Shown here piece after piece: positions 18,042 through 27,860 of a stretch of 64,000 bases of DNA (position 1 is its first letter; each line of letters starts with the position of its first letter). The position numbers and the translations under genes are program-made. The notes beneath the pieces were generated by a model. That model did not search any database. It saw only the letters and a program-made list of their open reading frames with translations, and was not told the DNA's origin. This DNA comes from Saprospiraceae bacterium (GTDB lineage: Bacteria; Bacteroidota; Bacteroidia; Chitinophagales; Saprospiraceae). The stretch lies in the NCBI GenBank assembly GCA_013001975.1, contig JABDKX010000215.1:12038-76037 (forward strand), in the 5' to 3' direction.

Positions 18042-19637
18042 TTATCTGATATTAAATACCATACCACCTAAATCCCTTGGAGCAGGATCACCTGGGCATT
18101 TACATTTAATATCTTCAAAAAAGAATTTATCAGAAGGTTTTGCTTTTTGAATTAAACCCTTAGATTCTTGAGTATATTTTCCTCCTCTGTTAACTGAAAC
18201 GATTGGATCTTGTCTTTTTGGTACTCTTACCAATCTGAATCCAACGATGTTACATTTGGCATCAAAGTCAAAGTTTTCAAGAACAGGGAATACACCTGGT
18301 TGAATTTTAAATTCACCCGATCCCATTGCACCACCTCTACTTTTACTTAGTTTCGGCACTGGATCTGGAATTCTTTTAACTCTAAATATTTTCTTGTCAT
18401 TAAGACCTGGAGCAGAAACATTAATTTCAGCATACTCACCTTTTTTAGTTGGTGTAGTCACATTTACAGTATAACCGCCATTACCAGCTGGTTTGATTTT
18501 TCCACCACCTTTACCGCTCATAGATACTTTGATCTGATTTGAGGCAACACCGGCTGCAGACACTTCCACTGGATTATCAACACCAATATAAAAAACGTTC
18601 ATTTTAGATGCTGAAACAGTTACGGATCTTTCACCTACTTCATATTCAAATTCCTTTTTAAAAGACTTTGTTTCACCAGTTACTGGATCTGTAAGCGATG
18701 CTGTAGCAGTATATTTTCTAACACCATTTTTAGTAGCTGTTTCTTCAAATTTAGCTACACCATCTTTGGCATTTATTCTTCTTCCGTTAACAGCATATGT
18801 GATTCCAGTGTTGGAATCTGCTCCTGCTGCGGCACTTAAGAATATATCAGTTTTGTACTTTTCACCTTTGATAATGTAAGATTTTTCAGGTGCAGAAACT
18901 ACTGTATATTGATCTAAAACAACAGTTGTTCCACCAGCTCCTACTTTATTTGCTAAGTATTTTAAAGCCGCAGCTTCAGTTGACTTAACATCGTTAATAT
19001 ATTTGTTGAAAAGTGGTATAACAGCTTGAAGGGGCATATGATCGAAATTCATGTGAGCCCAACTGGCTTTCCCTTTTTTCTTCCAAGTATCGTCATCGAT
19101 TTGAACAGCAACTTCCTTTTGGAAAGCAGCTTTATCTTCATCATCGATATAAGTCATCATTGAATCTCTGAAAGCTTCAAGTTTAGCTTTAATTTCATTA
19201 CCTAATCCACCATCGGGATCATTAGGATCAATTAAAGTTCTTGTTGTAACGTCATAATCTTTTGCTTTCTTAAGATCATCAGTAAAAGTACCAGGATTTT
19301 CGCGATCCTCTACAAAACCGCCTCTTTCTCCACCATCTTCAATCATAGTTGTTACCACACCTTTTAAGAAAGTAGATATTTCATCGGCCTTAGTTTGGAT
19401 AGGATCAATTCTTTCCGCGTATGTAGCTAGTGATGGTCTTGTTTTTGCGCCATCTCTAATTGCTGTAGGTAAAGGTTCCATAGATTCATCTAATGCTTTA
19501 TTAGATTTCACCAAACCTTTATCTACTAATTTAAAAGCGTTAAAAACTTCTGCAGATACATTCAATGCAAGTAATGCGGTAAGCACTAAATACATAATAT
19601 TGATCATCAGTTGTCGGGGTTCCTTAGGAATAGACAT
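18042..19637 (-). CDS. gldM: Gliding motility/T9SS motor protein GldM (PorM)
   Basis: N-terminus PRQLMINIMYLVLTALLALNVS (single TM helix with the conserved Arg just before it), 531 aa, periplasmic Ig-like C-terminal region, positioned between gldL and gldN. Confidence 0.9.
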   Translation of the reverse strand: MSIPKEPRQLMINIMYLVLTALLALNVSAEVFNAFKLVDKGLVKSNKALDESMEPLPTAIRDGAKTRPSLATYAERIDPIQTKADEISTFLKGVVTTMIEDGGERGGFVEDRENPGTFTDDLKKAKDYDVTTRTLIDPNDPDGGLGNEIKAKLEAFRDSMMTYIDDEDKAAFQKEVAVQIDDDTWKKKGKASWAHMNFDHMPLQAVIPLFNKYINDVKSTEAAALKYLANKVGAGGTTVVLDQYTVVSAPEKSYIIKGEKYKTDIFLSAAAGADSNTGITYAVNGRRINAKDGVAKFEETATKNGVRKYTATASLTDPVTGETKSFKKEFEYEVGERSVTVSASKMNVFYIGVDNPVEVSAAGVASNQIKVSMSGKGGGKIKPAGNGGYTVNVTTPTKKGEYAEINVSAPGLNDKKIFRVKRIPDPVPKLSKSRGGAMGSGEFKIQPGVFPVLENFDFDAKCNIVGFRLVRVPKRQDPIVSVNRGGKYTQESKGLIQKAKPSDKFFFEDIKCKCPGDPAPRDLGGMVFNIR

Positions 19638-19679
19638 ATTTCTTTGTTTTAAATGTTAATAAATAAATTAGAAATAAGA

Positions 19680-20264
19680 TTATTCAATTCCTTTTCGGAA
19701 TGCACCTAAAACGTTTCCATACACTGAGTTAAGAGATGTTAAATTTCTATTCAATGATGCAATCTGTTCTTTGTAAATTTTTGTATCTTCTACAGTTTCT
19801 GTAAGTGAGCTCATTGCTGCATTCATTTGACTGTAAAAATTGTTCATACTTTCCATTTGTCCTTTAGTTTCAGAAAAGTCAACTTCTTGAAGTGCTTTTA
19901 AGCTACCTAAACTTTTAGACATGCCTTGTAGTTCGTCTAGCATACCACCTAACCTTGTTTCAACAGCGTCTGCATCAAGAGGTCTCAAAGCTTTGCTTTG
20001 AGGACCAGCTGTTAGTGGTGCAATGTTTGAATTGTAATTTTCAATTCCTGGGTAAAGTTTTTCCCAGTAGTAATCTTTTTCAGGAGGTAATACTCCTAAC
20101 ATTAAGAATAAGAAAGCCTCTGTTAATAATCCTGCTGTGATTAGAACATTACCTAGAGGGTGACTTAAAATTTTCGCTAATGCACCTATCATTACAACAG
20201 AAGCACCAACACCGATTATAAAATTCTTTAAATACTTAAATCCTTTAGATTTGTGAAAAGCCAT
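19680..20264 (-). CDS. gldL: Gliding motility/T9SS motor protein GldL (PorL)
   Basis: 194 aa with two N-terminal TM helices. The second carries an intramembrane Glu (LLTEAFLF, residue 49). A cytoplasmic coiled-coil-like tail follows. Confidence 0.9.
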   Translation of the reverse strand: MAFHKSKGFKYLKNFIIGVGASVVMIGALAKILSHPLGNVLITAGLLTEAFLFLMLGVLPPEKDYYWEKLYPGIENYNSNIAPLTAGPQSKALRPLDADAVETRLGGMLDELQGMSKSLGSLKALQEVDFSETKGQMESMNNFYSQMNAAMSSLTETVEDTKIYKEQIASLNRNLTSLNSVYGNVLGAFRKGIE

Positions 20265-20338
20265 TAGTTAGATTTTTAAATTAGTTAAATAACTGATAAT
20301 TAATAAATAAATATTGTACCTGTATTCCTAAATTGGAA

Positions 20339-21574
20339 TTAGAAATCGTTGATTGATCTACCTAAGAAGGTAAGTGCGCATCTGAAACCAACATATGATT
20401 TGTTGGTATCTTGGTATTCCCAGTTTCTAGTACCTGTCTGACAATAGTAAGAGATATCTTTCCAAGATCCTCCTCTAATTACCTTACGTTTCCAAGCTTC
20501 TGGATCATCATCTTTTGCATCATATTTCACATCTGGGTTTAAATCGTGCATTAATGAATAAGCATTTGGATGGTACGAAGTTTCAGTCCATTCAGAGACA
20601 TTTCCAGACATATTATAAAGTCCGTAGTCATTCGGGAAGTAAGCATCAGCTTTAACAGTGTAAAATCCACCATCTTCTGGATAATTACCTCTTCCAGGTT
20701 TGAAGTTTGCAAGTAAACAACCTTTTGCATTTCTTATGTAATAACCACCCCAAGGATATGGAGCAATTGCTCTACCACCTCTGGCAGCCCATTCCCACTC
20801 AGTTTCGGTTGGAAGACGGAATTCCTCAGTATTAGGCTCTTCACCTCTGAATGCATTCCATATTTTTGTTCTCCAATGAGCGAATGCTCTTGCTTGCTTC
20901 CAATCAATACCTACAACAGGATAGTCATCAAAGGCAGGATGCCAAAAATAGTTTCTGGTAAATGGTTCGTTATATGAATAAGCGAAGTCTCTGATCCAAA
21001 CTAAAGTGTCTGGGTAAACTTCAACAGTTTCTTCATTCAATAATGATGTTCTTACAACATCTGGATTATGAGCAGCTTTTTGCCAATCTATCCACTTGTA
21101 AGTGTATTGCAATTGAGACATATCCATAGATCTTTCGAACTCGTCCATTCTCATATCACCTTGATAAAACATATCTTCTAGTGTTTCATCTTGATAATCA
21201 AGTTCATATTCCCAATCGATACGAGTCGCACCGGTTAGTTCATCTTCATATACATCATCCATCATGAGATGAGCAATTGAATCTCTTACCCAATAAACCA
21301 TTTCACGGTATTCATTATTGGTGATTTCTGTATCATCCATAAAAAATCCGGAAATTGATATGGCTTTTGGCCTTTGAGAATGGGTAGTGAAGACATCTTG
21401 ATCACTTTGACCTATTGTTAATGTTCCAGAAGGAACGTAAACCATTCCATAAGGATTGATACCTGTCCAACTAGGTCTGTCTTGGACACCTATTAATTGT
21501 CCTGATTCATCTCTTCCACACGAGCTTAATAACAAGGTTACTATAGCTAAGGAAAACAGCGCTTTTCTTTTCAT
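20339..21574 (-). CDS. gldK: Gliding motility/T9SS lipoprotein GldK (PorK), FGE-sulfatase (SUMF1) fold
   Basis: Lipobox LLSSCG, SUMF1-type motifs (TNNEYREM, WEWAARGG, RGGSW, GFRC), 411 aa. Confidence 0.9.
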   Translation of the reverse strand: MKRKALFSLAIVTLLLSSCGRDESGQLIGVQDRPSWTGINPYGMVYVPSGTLTIGQSDQDVFTTHSQRPKAISISGFFMDDTEITNNEYREMVYWVRDSIAHLMMDDVYEDELTGATRIDWEYELDYQDETLEDMFYQGDMRMDEFERSMDMSQLQYTYKWIDWQKAAHNPDVVRTSLLNEETVEVYPDTLVWIRDFAYSYNEPFTRNYFWHPAFDDYPVVGIDWKQARAFAHWRTKIWNAFRGEEPNTEEFRLPTETEWEWAARGGRAIAPYPWGGYYIRNAKGCLLANFKPGRGNYPEDGGFYTVKADAYFPNDYGLYNMSGNVSEWTETSYHPNAYSLMHDLNPDVKYDAKDDDPEAWKRKVIRGGSWKDISYYCQTGTRNWEYQDTNKSYVGFRCALTFLGRSINDF

Positions 21575-21812
21575 GTTTTATTAACTGATTTTACAATTCT
21601 AATTTTCGCCCTTACAAATAAGACGTAAAAATAAACTTTGTTGCCTATTTTCAAAAAAAATGCCCTCTAAATAAATATTGCCTGTATCCCAAATATAACT
21701 TAGGAACAAGTTAAACGTGAAAGCAATTTAATGTATTATGTCGATTTTACATTTTTTTAACAAAATCTTTTTTCCACCTTTTCTTTAAAAAGCGATAAAT
21801 GTCACTAATTGA

Positions 21813-22772
21813 TTAAAAATGCCTAGGATTATATATGATTTCAGGAGGCAACCCGATCCCAATTAACTTATTAAAGTTGTAATTAATGTTGATTTCATGG
21901 GTGCCTTCAGAGAAATTGCTCAATTCATTTAAAATATAATCATATCCATATGATAATGTATAATGCTCATTTAATCTAATTCCTCCAATAAAACTCAAAG
22001 CATCGAAAGAATTTTTATTAAAACCTCTAAGGCCTAAGCCTCCAAAAATATTGCCACTTTTAACTAAAACAGAGATATCCGATTGAATTTGAAGTGTATT
22101 TGATTTAATATATAAAGAAGGTTGTATTTCTAATCCGTTGACTAAGAGAGGCATTGCGCCATAAAAGCTGATTTTCTTAGTATTTTGGAAATTAATTTGA
22201 TCCAGATTTCCTGCTTGAAAGAATAAATTTTCTATTGTTAAACCAACATCAAAAAAATCGTTTCTTCCAAAGAATCCTAAGGTCCAATCAGGCATTATAC
22301 CTGAAATATTGCCATTGGGTAAAATGGGATCTAAATGTTGGATAGACCCATCATAAATACCATTTGGTGTTCGAATCTTACTCCCATCTAAAGCTATTTG
22401 TTTCATACCGATAGCTAAACCAATTGAAAGGATGCCATTAGCAAAACTTTCAACCCTATTAAAAGAAACTTTTACGGAAGTAGAACGGAATGCACCAGAT
22501 GTCTCATTATTCAACTTAAGACCAGCACCTCCTTTTAATAAATAAATGGGCAGGTGAACATTAGCATTGATTTGCGTTGGATGTTCTAAAACGCCCGTCC
22601 ACTGCGTACGGTAGTTAAAATTAGCAGATATTGATTTGTCAAAGCCCGCATATGCAGGGTTATCTTTGTAAATATCGATCATGTACAGAGAACTTTGCAG
22701 AACATTCTGTCCATAATTACAATTTATAACGAGACAAATTGTGAAGATTAAACTTGCTAGGATTCGTATCAA
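21813..22772 (-). CDS. porP: PorP/SprF family T9SS outer-membrane beta-barrel protein
   Basis: 319 aa, signal peptide, N-terminal QSSLYMIDIYKDNPAYAG motif typical of PorP/SprF, alternating beta-strand pattern, directly upstream of gldK as in porP-porKLMN operons. TTG start. Confidence 0.75.
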   Translation of the reverse strand: MIRILASLIFTICLVINCNYGQNVLQSSLYMIDIYKDNPAYAGFDKSISANFNYRTQWTGVLEHPTQINANVHLPIYLLKGGAGLKLNNETSGAFRSTSVKVSFNRVESFANGILSIGLAIGMKQIALDGSKIRTPNGIYDGSIQHLDPILPNGNISGIMPDWTLGFFGRNDFFDVGLTIENLFFQAGNLDQINFQNTKKISFYGAMPLLVNGLEIQPSLYIKSNTLQIQSDISVLVKSGNIFGGLGLRGFNKNSFDALSFIGGIRLNEHYTLSYGYDYILNELSNFSEGTHEININYNFNKLIGIGLPPEIIYNPRHF

Positions 22773-22840
22773 CTCGGGTTTTTTACTTCACTCACAAAAT
22801 AGATAAAAAAATCTTACTCAAAGTAAGTAACTGCTTAATT

Positions 22841-23602
22841 TTATAAGGTAATCACCATATTGTCTTGCAAAGGTTCTACATTTTCTGGAAGATGTTTGGC
22901 CCAATTGTTAAACGGACCCATTCTGTGGCTAATGTGTGTCAAGTATGCTTGTCTCGGATTAATTTTGTTGATAAATAATAAAGCTTCCTTAAGATTGAAG
23001 TGAGAACGGTGATCTTCTCTTTGTAGTGCATTGATTATCAATGTGTTAATGCCTTTAATTTTATTGATTTCACTTGGTTCAATATCGCTGGCATCGGTAA
23101 TATATGCAAAATCACCAATTTTAAATCCCAATATTGGAAGGTTGCCATGCATCAATCTGATTGGAATAATTTCTTCTCCATTCAGTGTAAATGGTTCATT
23201 AGTAATAGTGTGAAGTGTTATTTGTGGAGCTCCAGGATATTTATGCTTTCCAAATGCATAGTGAAACCTTTCTTTAATGGATTCTAATACCCTTGCTTCT
23301 GCGTATATGGGTATTGACTTTTTTTGAGTAAAATTTATCGCTCTTAGGTCATCGATACCAATAATGTGGTCATTGTGTTCATGCGTAATTAAAACATGAT
23401 CCACCGTAGTTAATTTGTTAACAAGAAATTGTTGCCTGAAGTCAGGACCGACATCAATTTGGAATGCATTATTATTCGTTTTAATGTGGACAGAGCTGCG
23501 CAATCGAAAATCTCGAATATCACCTGATGTACATGTTTTGCAAGTGCAACCTATAATAGGAATACCTTGCGAAGTACCTGATCCTAAAGCGATAACTTTC
23601 AA
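22841..23602 (-). CDS. MBL-fold metallo-hydrolase (PhnP/PqqB-like)
   Basis: HxHxDH motif LITHEHNDHIIG, N-terminal GSGTSQGIP plus a Cys cluster CTCKTC, 253 aa. Confidence 0.8.
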   Translation of the reverse strand: MKVIALGSGTSQGIPIIGCTCKTCTSGDIRDFRLRSSVHIKTNNNAFQIDVGPDFRQQFLVNKLTTVDHVLITHEHNDHIIGIDDLRAINFTQKKSIPIYAEARVLESIKERFHYAFGKHKYPGAPQITLHTITNEPFTLNGEEIIPIRLMHGNLPILGFKIGDFAYITDASDIEPSEINKIKGINTLIINALQREDHRSHFNLKEALLFINKINPRQAYLTHISHRMGPFNNWAKHLPENVEPLQDNMVITL

Positions 23603-23671
23603 ATTAATGAAGTTTAGATTTGAAATGCAGTAAGAAATACACTAAATCAATTGATAAATTAGAAATCGGTC

Positions 23672-23962
23672 TTAAGCTACTAGTTTTTCAGGATATCTAA
23701 TAATATTCATGTAATGGTTGTAGAGTCCATTTGTTTCTTCATCAAACCCCTCTGTAGAAAGTTTAACTTCTGCTAAAATATCAAGTAGACTTTCTATTCT
23801 GCCTTTGTTATCAAAAAATTTGTTGATAACTATTATTTTTTTCTGATAAATTAAACAATATCCAGATTTGAATTGTCCTTTTTCGTATCGTACCTTATAT
23901 TCTGCCTCTTTAAATATTCGTTCTAAATGAGAAAGAGTAGTTTTTGTATATTTAATTTTCAT
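23672..23962 (-). CDS. Hypothetical small cytoplasmic protein
   Basis: Intact ORF with no recognisable motif. The start was chosen at the internal Met MKIKYTK. Coding status is inferred only from ORF length and the position between genes. Confidence 0.4.
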   Translation of the reverse strand: MKIKYTKTTLSHLERIFKEAEYKVRYEKGQFKSGYCLIYQKKIIVINKFFDNKGRIESLLDILAEVKLSTEGFDEETNGLYNHYMNIIRYPEKLVA

Positions 23963-24004
23963 CCGCGCTATTTCTAAAAGCAAATATAAAAGATTTTCAT
24001 ATAT

Positions 24005-24625
24005 ATGAATAAATATAATATCAGACTTATTATTTTTCTTGTGGTTGCTGTTTTATTGTGCCAAAATGCCCTCTTTTGTCAAAACAAATTTAAGGCGGCA
24101 GCAGTTGGGGGCATTACTGCAGCTCAGCTAGGTGGAGACAGTATAAGCGGATATGATAAACTTGGATTTACCTTTGGAGGGAAATTAGGATATTCGCTTA
24201 GTGATGTCGTTGAATTAAACTTTGAATTATTGTATACTCAAAGAGGAAGTAGCAACTCACTTTCATTCAGTAATAGTGGATTTAATGTAACGTCACTTAA
24301 TTATCTAGAGATTCCTGTATATCTGACATTTAATGATTGGTTAATTGAAAAAGAAGATTATTATAAAGTGGGGATTTTCGGTGGCTTTAGTTATGGTTAT
24401 TTAATTTCAGCTAATTCAACCAATAATATATTAGCAGGAAGAGAGGATGAATTTCGAACGAATGATATAAGTGCAAGAGCTGGTGTTTATTATTCTTTTA
24501 CAAAAAGCTTAACTTTCCGCACTTATTATACCGATTCGTTGGTAAAATTGGTAGAAGGGGAATTATTTAATACTGATGGATTAGATAGTTTTTATTGGAC
24601 ATTTAGAATAGATTATAATTTATAA
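24005..24625 (+). CDS. Small outer-membrane beta-barrel protein (OmpW/PorT-like family)
   Basis: Signal peptide, about 8 amphipathic beta-strand segments with aromatic girdle residues, Gly-rich first strands (AAVGGITAAQLGGD, GFTFGGKLGYS). Confidence 0.6.
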   Translation: MNKYNIRLIIFLVVAVLLCQNALFCQNKFKAAAVGGITAAQLGGDSISGYDKLGFTFGGKLGYSLSDVVELNFELLYTQRGSSNSLSFSNSGFNVTSLNYLEIPVYLTFNDWLIEKEDYYKVGIFGGFSYGYLISANSTNNILAGREDEFRTNDISARAGVYYSFTKSLTFRTYYTDSLVKLVEGELFNTDGLDSFYWTFRIDYNL

Positions 24626-24631
24626 AATACT

Positions 24632-25111
24632 ATGGTACGTAAAATAGGGTTGATATTATTAATGGGTATTCTTATTACATCTTGTAAAAATGAAAGTAAA
24701 GAGCAGCCTAAATCAAAAACTAAAGAAGCTGTTGGATATGAAATGTTGCCTGCAGATATTTTAAGAAAAATGTGGAATGAAGCTGAGAGTTTAGATTATA
24801 TCTTTCACCATCTGCCATTTTCGATGAATCAAACTGAAAAACCTAGTATTCAAGCTAATATGACTTATATTGAACAAGCGCCGCAACCTAATGTGCCTCA
24901 AGGGTGTACACCAGCAGCTCGACAATTTTATCAGGTTAATGGAAATATTGAACTGGAAGCAGATATCTACTTTAGTGAAGGATGTTACTTTTATGTGTTT
25001 ATTATAGATGGTAAACCAAAGTATGCAAATAAGATGTCTGAGGCAGGGAAGAACTTTTTCAACACCATGATAAATAAAGCTAAGGAAGCGACGCAAGGTG
25101 CAGGACAGTAA
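24632..25111 (+). CDS. Hypothetical lipoprotein
   Basis: Lipobox LITSCK, 159 aa, starts 6 nt after the preceding barrel gene. No recognisable domain. Confidence 0.5.
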   Translation: MVRKIGLILLMGILITSCKNESKEQPKSKTKEAVGYEMLPADILRKMWNEAESLDYIFHHLPFSMNQTEKPSIQANMTYIEQAPQPNVPQGCTPAARQFYQVNGNIELEADIYFSEGCYFYVFIIDGKPKYANKMSEAGKNFFNTMINKAKEATQGAGQ

Positions 25112-26015
25112 AAGATTTGCAGCCATTGACCTTGGAAGTAATACTTTTCATTTTATGGCTGTTGAAAGTCACCACGAACCACCATATTTTAACGTTTTAC
25201 ATAAAGAAAGACACTTTGTTTATTTGCTAGGACCTAATGCTAAACATTTTGAGGCAGATGCCATAGTCAGGGCAGTAGATAGTCTAGAGAAATTTCAAGA
25301 ATTAATCTCCAAATATGATATACCATCTGTTAAAACAGTAGCAACTGCCGCTTTCAGATTATCTGAAAACTATGCTGATTTCATTGAAGCTGTGGCACCT
25401 GTTTTTAAGCATTCAATTACCACTATTTCAGGAGAACAGGAGGCTTCTTATGCTTTTAAAGGTGTTCAACTCATGAATCATGACTTTTCGGATAACAATT
25501 TAATTGTTGACATAGGAGGAGGCAGCGTAGAATTGATTTTTTTCGATAAAAATGGAACATATGAAGTAGAATCATTAAAAATGGGTATTACATTTTTAAG
25601 ACACCATTTTGATCCATCCGATCCGATAAAAGAAGAGGAGAAAATTCAAATGTTTGGTTATTTCGATAATCTGTTGTTTGATTTTTGGTCTTCATTACCT
25701 GAGTTACCAAATATGTTGATTGGCATGTCTGGACCTTTTGAAATAATAGAACACATGACTTCAGCAAAGCCTTCAATCTATGGCAATGCGTATTCAAGTG
25801 CTGAAATATTGAAAATGTCTCAACAAATAACTTCCAAGACTGCGGAAGGGCGTAAAAATATTGAGCTTATGCCAAAGGAAAGATACGATTTGAGTAAAGA
25901 ATCTTTTTTAATCATAGAATACTTGTTAAAGAAGTGCAAATCTATTAATTCAGTGATGGTAAGCCCCTTTGGAATTAAGGAAGGCATTGTATCTGAAGCA
26001 TTAAATTTAGTATAG
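25098..26015 (+). CDS. Ppx/GppA family phosphatase (short form, N-terminal actin-like ATPase domains only)
   Basis: AAIDLGSNTFHFM phosphate-1 motif and DIGGGSVEL phosphate-2 motif. 305 aa. The GTG start overlaps the upstream gene by 14 nt. Confidence 0.8.
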   Translation: MQDSKRFAAIDLGSNTFHFMAVESHHEPPYFNVLHKERHFVYLLGPNAKHFEADAIVRAVDSLEKFQELISKYDIPSVKTVATAAFRLSENYADFIEAVAPVFKHSITTISGEQEASYAFKGVQLMNHDFSDNNLIVDIGGGSVELIFFDKNGTYEVESLKMGITFLRHHFDPSDPIKEEEKIQMFGYFDNLLFDFWSSLPELPNMLIGMSGPFEIIEHMTSAKPSIYGNAYSSAEILKMSQQITSKTAEGRKNIELMPKERYDLSKESFLIIEYLLKKCKSINSVMVSPFGIKEGIVSEALNLV

Positions 26016-26060
26016 TCTAAAAATTTAATTATATTCGTCTAAAATTATTGTAATAAGCTT

Positions 26061-27362
26061 ATGAGCTTAATGTTTTTAATAGATTTCTTAGACACTTTTA
26101 CGTCAGTTTGGGCTATACGCGCTATGATAGCTTCATCTTTAGTAGGTCTAATGTGTGGTATTCTAGGGTGTTTTATTGTTTTAAGAAATATGTCTCTTAT
26201 TGGCGATGCATTATCTCATGCTGTTTTACCAGGCATTTTCTTTGCTTTTTTAGTTGTTGGCTACAGCACAATAGGATTTTTCATTGGTTCTACGATTGCA
26301 GGATTGGTTACGGCATTGGCTATTTCATGGATTCAACAAAATGTACCTACCAAAAATGATGCGGCAATTGGAATCATATTTACTGCTATGTTTTCAATTG
26401 GCGTTATTGGTATTTCATGGATAAGTAGAAAGGATGGCGTTCATTTGGATTTGGATCATTTTCTGTTTGGAAATGTATTAGGCATTTCAAATCAAGATAT
26501 TTACCTGACATTAGGCGTTGCGATTTATACTATTCTTTGCACTATTTTATTTTACAGATACCTTTTTATTACGACTTTTCAACCGACAATAGCACAAACA
26601 ATGGGTATTTCACCCAAACTGATTCATTACTTTTTGATGTTATTGTTGTCATTTGCTATTGTTGCTTCACTCAGAACGGTAGGTGTAATTTTAGTAGTTG
26701 CCATGTTAATCACGCCTGCAGCTACTGCTTTATTATTTTCAGATCGACTACAAAAGGTCATTGTGCTGTCTGCTTTTATTGGATTGCTCAGTGCCTTACT
26801 CGGCTTTGTAGTTTCTGTTGCTTTTGATACAACGCCTGGACCTGCTATGACCCTGGTGGCAACTTTTATATATTTTACTGCGGTATTATTATCTCCTTCA
26901 AAAGGATTATTATTTAAGATGAATCAGAAGCGGATTGAGAAAAAAAGAATCATAAGAGAAGATATTTTGCGGCAGGTTATTAAAAAGCCTTTAAACGTCG
27001 GCATGTCTGTAGGTGAAATTTCAGTGAACTTAAAGTTACCATTAAAGATTGTAAAGTCTTTTGCGAATAAAATGTCGAAAAGTTCTTTGTTAACCACAAA
27101 TGGTCAAAATGTTATATTAAGTGATGCGGGTGTTTTAAAAGCTGAACAATTGGTGAGAGCGCACAGGCTTTGGGAAACATATCAAGTGAGGCAAATGGGT
27201 TTGGATTCAAATCAAATTCATGATGAAGCGGATCAATTAGAGCATTTTTTATCTGAAGAATTGATTGATGAAATAGACAAGCAATTGGGTTATCCTGTAA
27301 AAGATCCTCATGATTCTCCAATCCCAAAAGGCTTAAGCAAATCAAGCACACCTAGTCAATAG
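26061..27362 (+). CDS. Metal (Mn/Zn/Fe) ABC-transporter permease (ABC-3 family) fused to a DtxR/MntR-like regulator
   Basis: The N-terminal 285 aa or so are a polytopic ABC-3 permease (GDALSHAVLPG, TPAATALL). The C-terminal 145 aa or so have a winged-helix-like segment and the DtxR dimerisation/metal-binding signature LVRAHRLWETY...HDEADQLEH...DPHDSPIP. Confidence 0.8.
   Translation: MSLMFLIDFLDTFTSVWAIRAMIASSLVGLMCGILGCFIVLRNMSLIGDALSHAVLPGIFFAFLVVGYSTIGFFIGSTIAGLVTALAISWIQQNVPTKNDAAIGIIFTAMFSIGVIGISWISRKDGVHLDLDHFLFGNVLGISNQDIYLTLGVAIYTILCTILFYRYLFITTFQPTIAQTMGISPKLIHYFLMLLLSFAIVASLRTVGVILVVAMLITPAATALLFSDRLQKVIVLSAFIGLLSALLGFVVSVAFDTTPGPAMTLVATFIYFTAVLLSPSKGLLFKMNQKRIEKKRIIREDILRQVIKKPLNVGMSVGEISVNLKLPLKIVKSFANKMSKSSLLTTNGQNVILSDAGVLKAEQLVRAHRLWETYQVRQMGLDSNQIHDEADQLEHFLSEELIDEIDKQLGYPVKDPHDSPIPKGLSKSSTPSQ
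26928..27359 (+). other. DtxR/MntR-like domain (HTH plus metal-binding/dimerisation) at the C-terminus of the permease
   Basis: Residues 290-433 or so of the 26061..27362 ORF; the motifs are listed under that CDS. Confidence 0.7.
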
Positions 27363-27363
27363 G

Positions 27364-27858
27364 TTAGCTTACGAAATTATCTATTGGTTTGTTGTTGTCA
27401 CAAACATCCTTTCTGCATTTCCCATATAAATTTAGTGAGTGATGGGTGACTTCAAAATTCAAAATATCTCCCATTGTATCTTTTATATTCTGAATTCGTG
27501 GATCGCAGAATTCTAATACTTTTCCACAATCAATGCATAATAAATGATCGTGTTGTTTAAAACCATATGACTTTTCGTACTGTGTTAAGTTTTTGCCAAA
27601 TTGATGCTTAGTCACAAGATCACAGTTTACCAATAATTCTAACGTATTGTAGACAGTTGCTCTAGACACACGATAATTTTGATTCTTCATATGAATATAA
27701 AGCGCTTCTGCATCAAAGTGATCGTTACGTCGATATATTTCTTCCAAAATAGCATATCTCTCAGGCGTTTTACGACATTGATTTTTTTCTAAGTAATTTG
27801 TGAAGATGCTTTTAACTTCTATTATTATTTTTTGAATATGTTCTTCAGCTATTTTCAT
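27364..27858 (-). CDS. fur: Fur family transcriptional repressor
   Basis: HTH region [14 protein letters not shown], metal site [15 protein letters not shown] plus HH and a C-terminal CxxxxC. 164 aa. Starts 2 nt after the stop of the RelA/SpoT gene. Confidence 0.85.
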   Translation of the reverse strand: MKIAEEHIQKIIIEVKSIFTNYLEKNQCRKTPERYAILEEIYRRNDHFDAEALYIHMKNQNYRVSRATVYNTLELLVNCDLVTKHQFGKNLTQYEKSYGFKQHDHLLCIDCGKVLEFCDPRIQNIKDTMGDILNFEVTHHSLNLYGKCRKDVCDNNKPIDNFVS

Positions 27859-27860
27859 AT

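Noticed and set aside
26108-26827. Alternative-frame plus-strand ORFs (83 aa and 96 aa, Cys/Phe-rich) inside the ABC-3 permease.
   Set aside because: They are out-of-frame overlaps of a well-supported membrane protein gene, with implausible composition.
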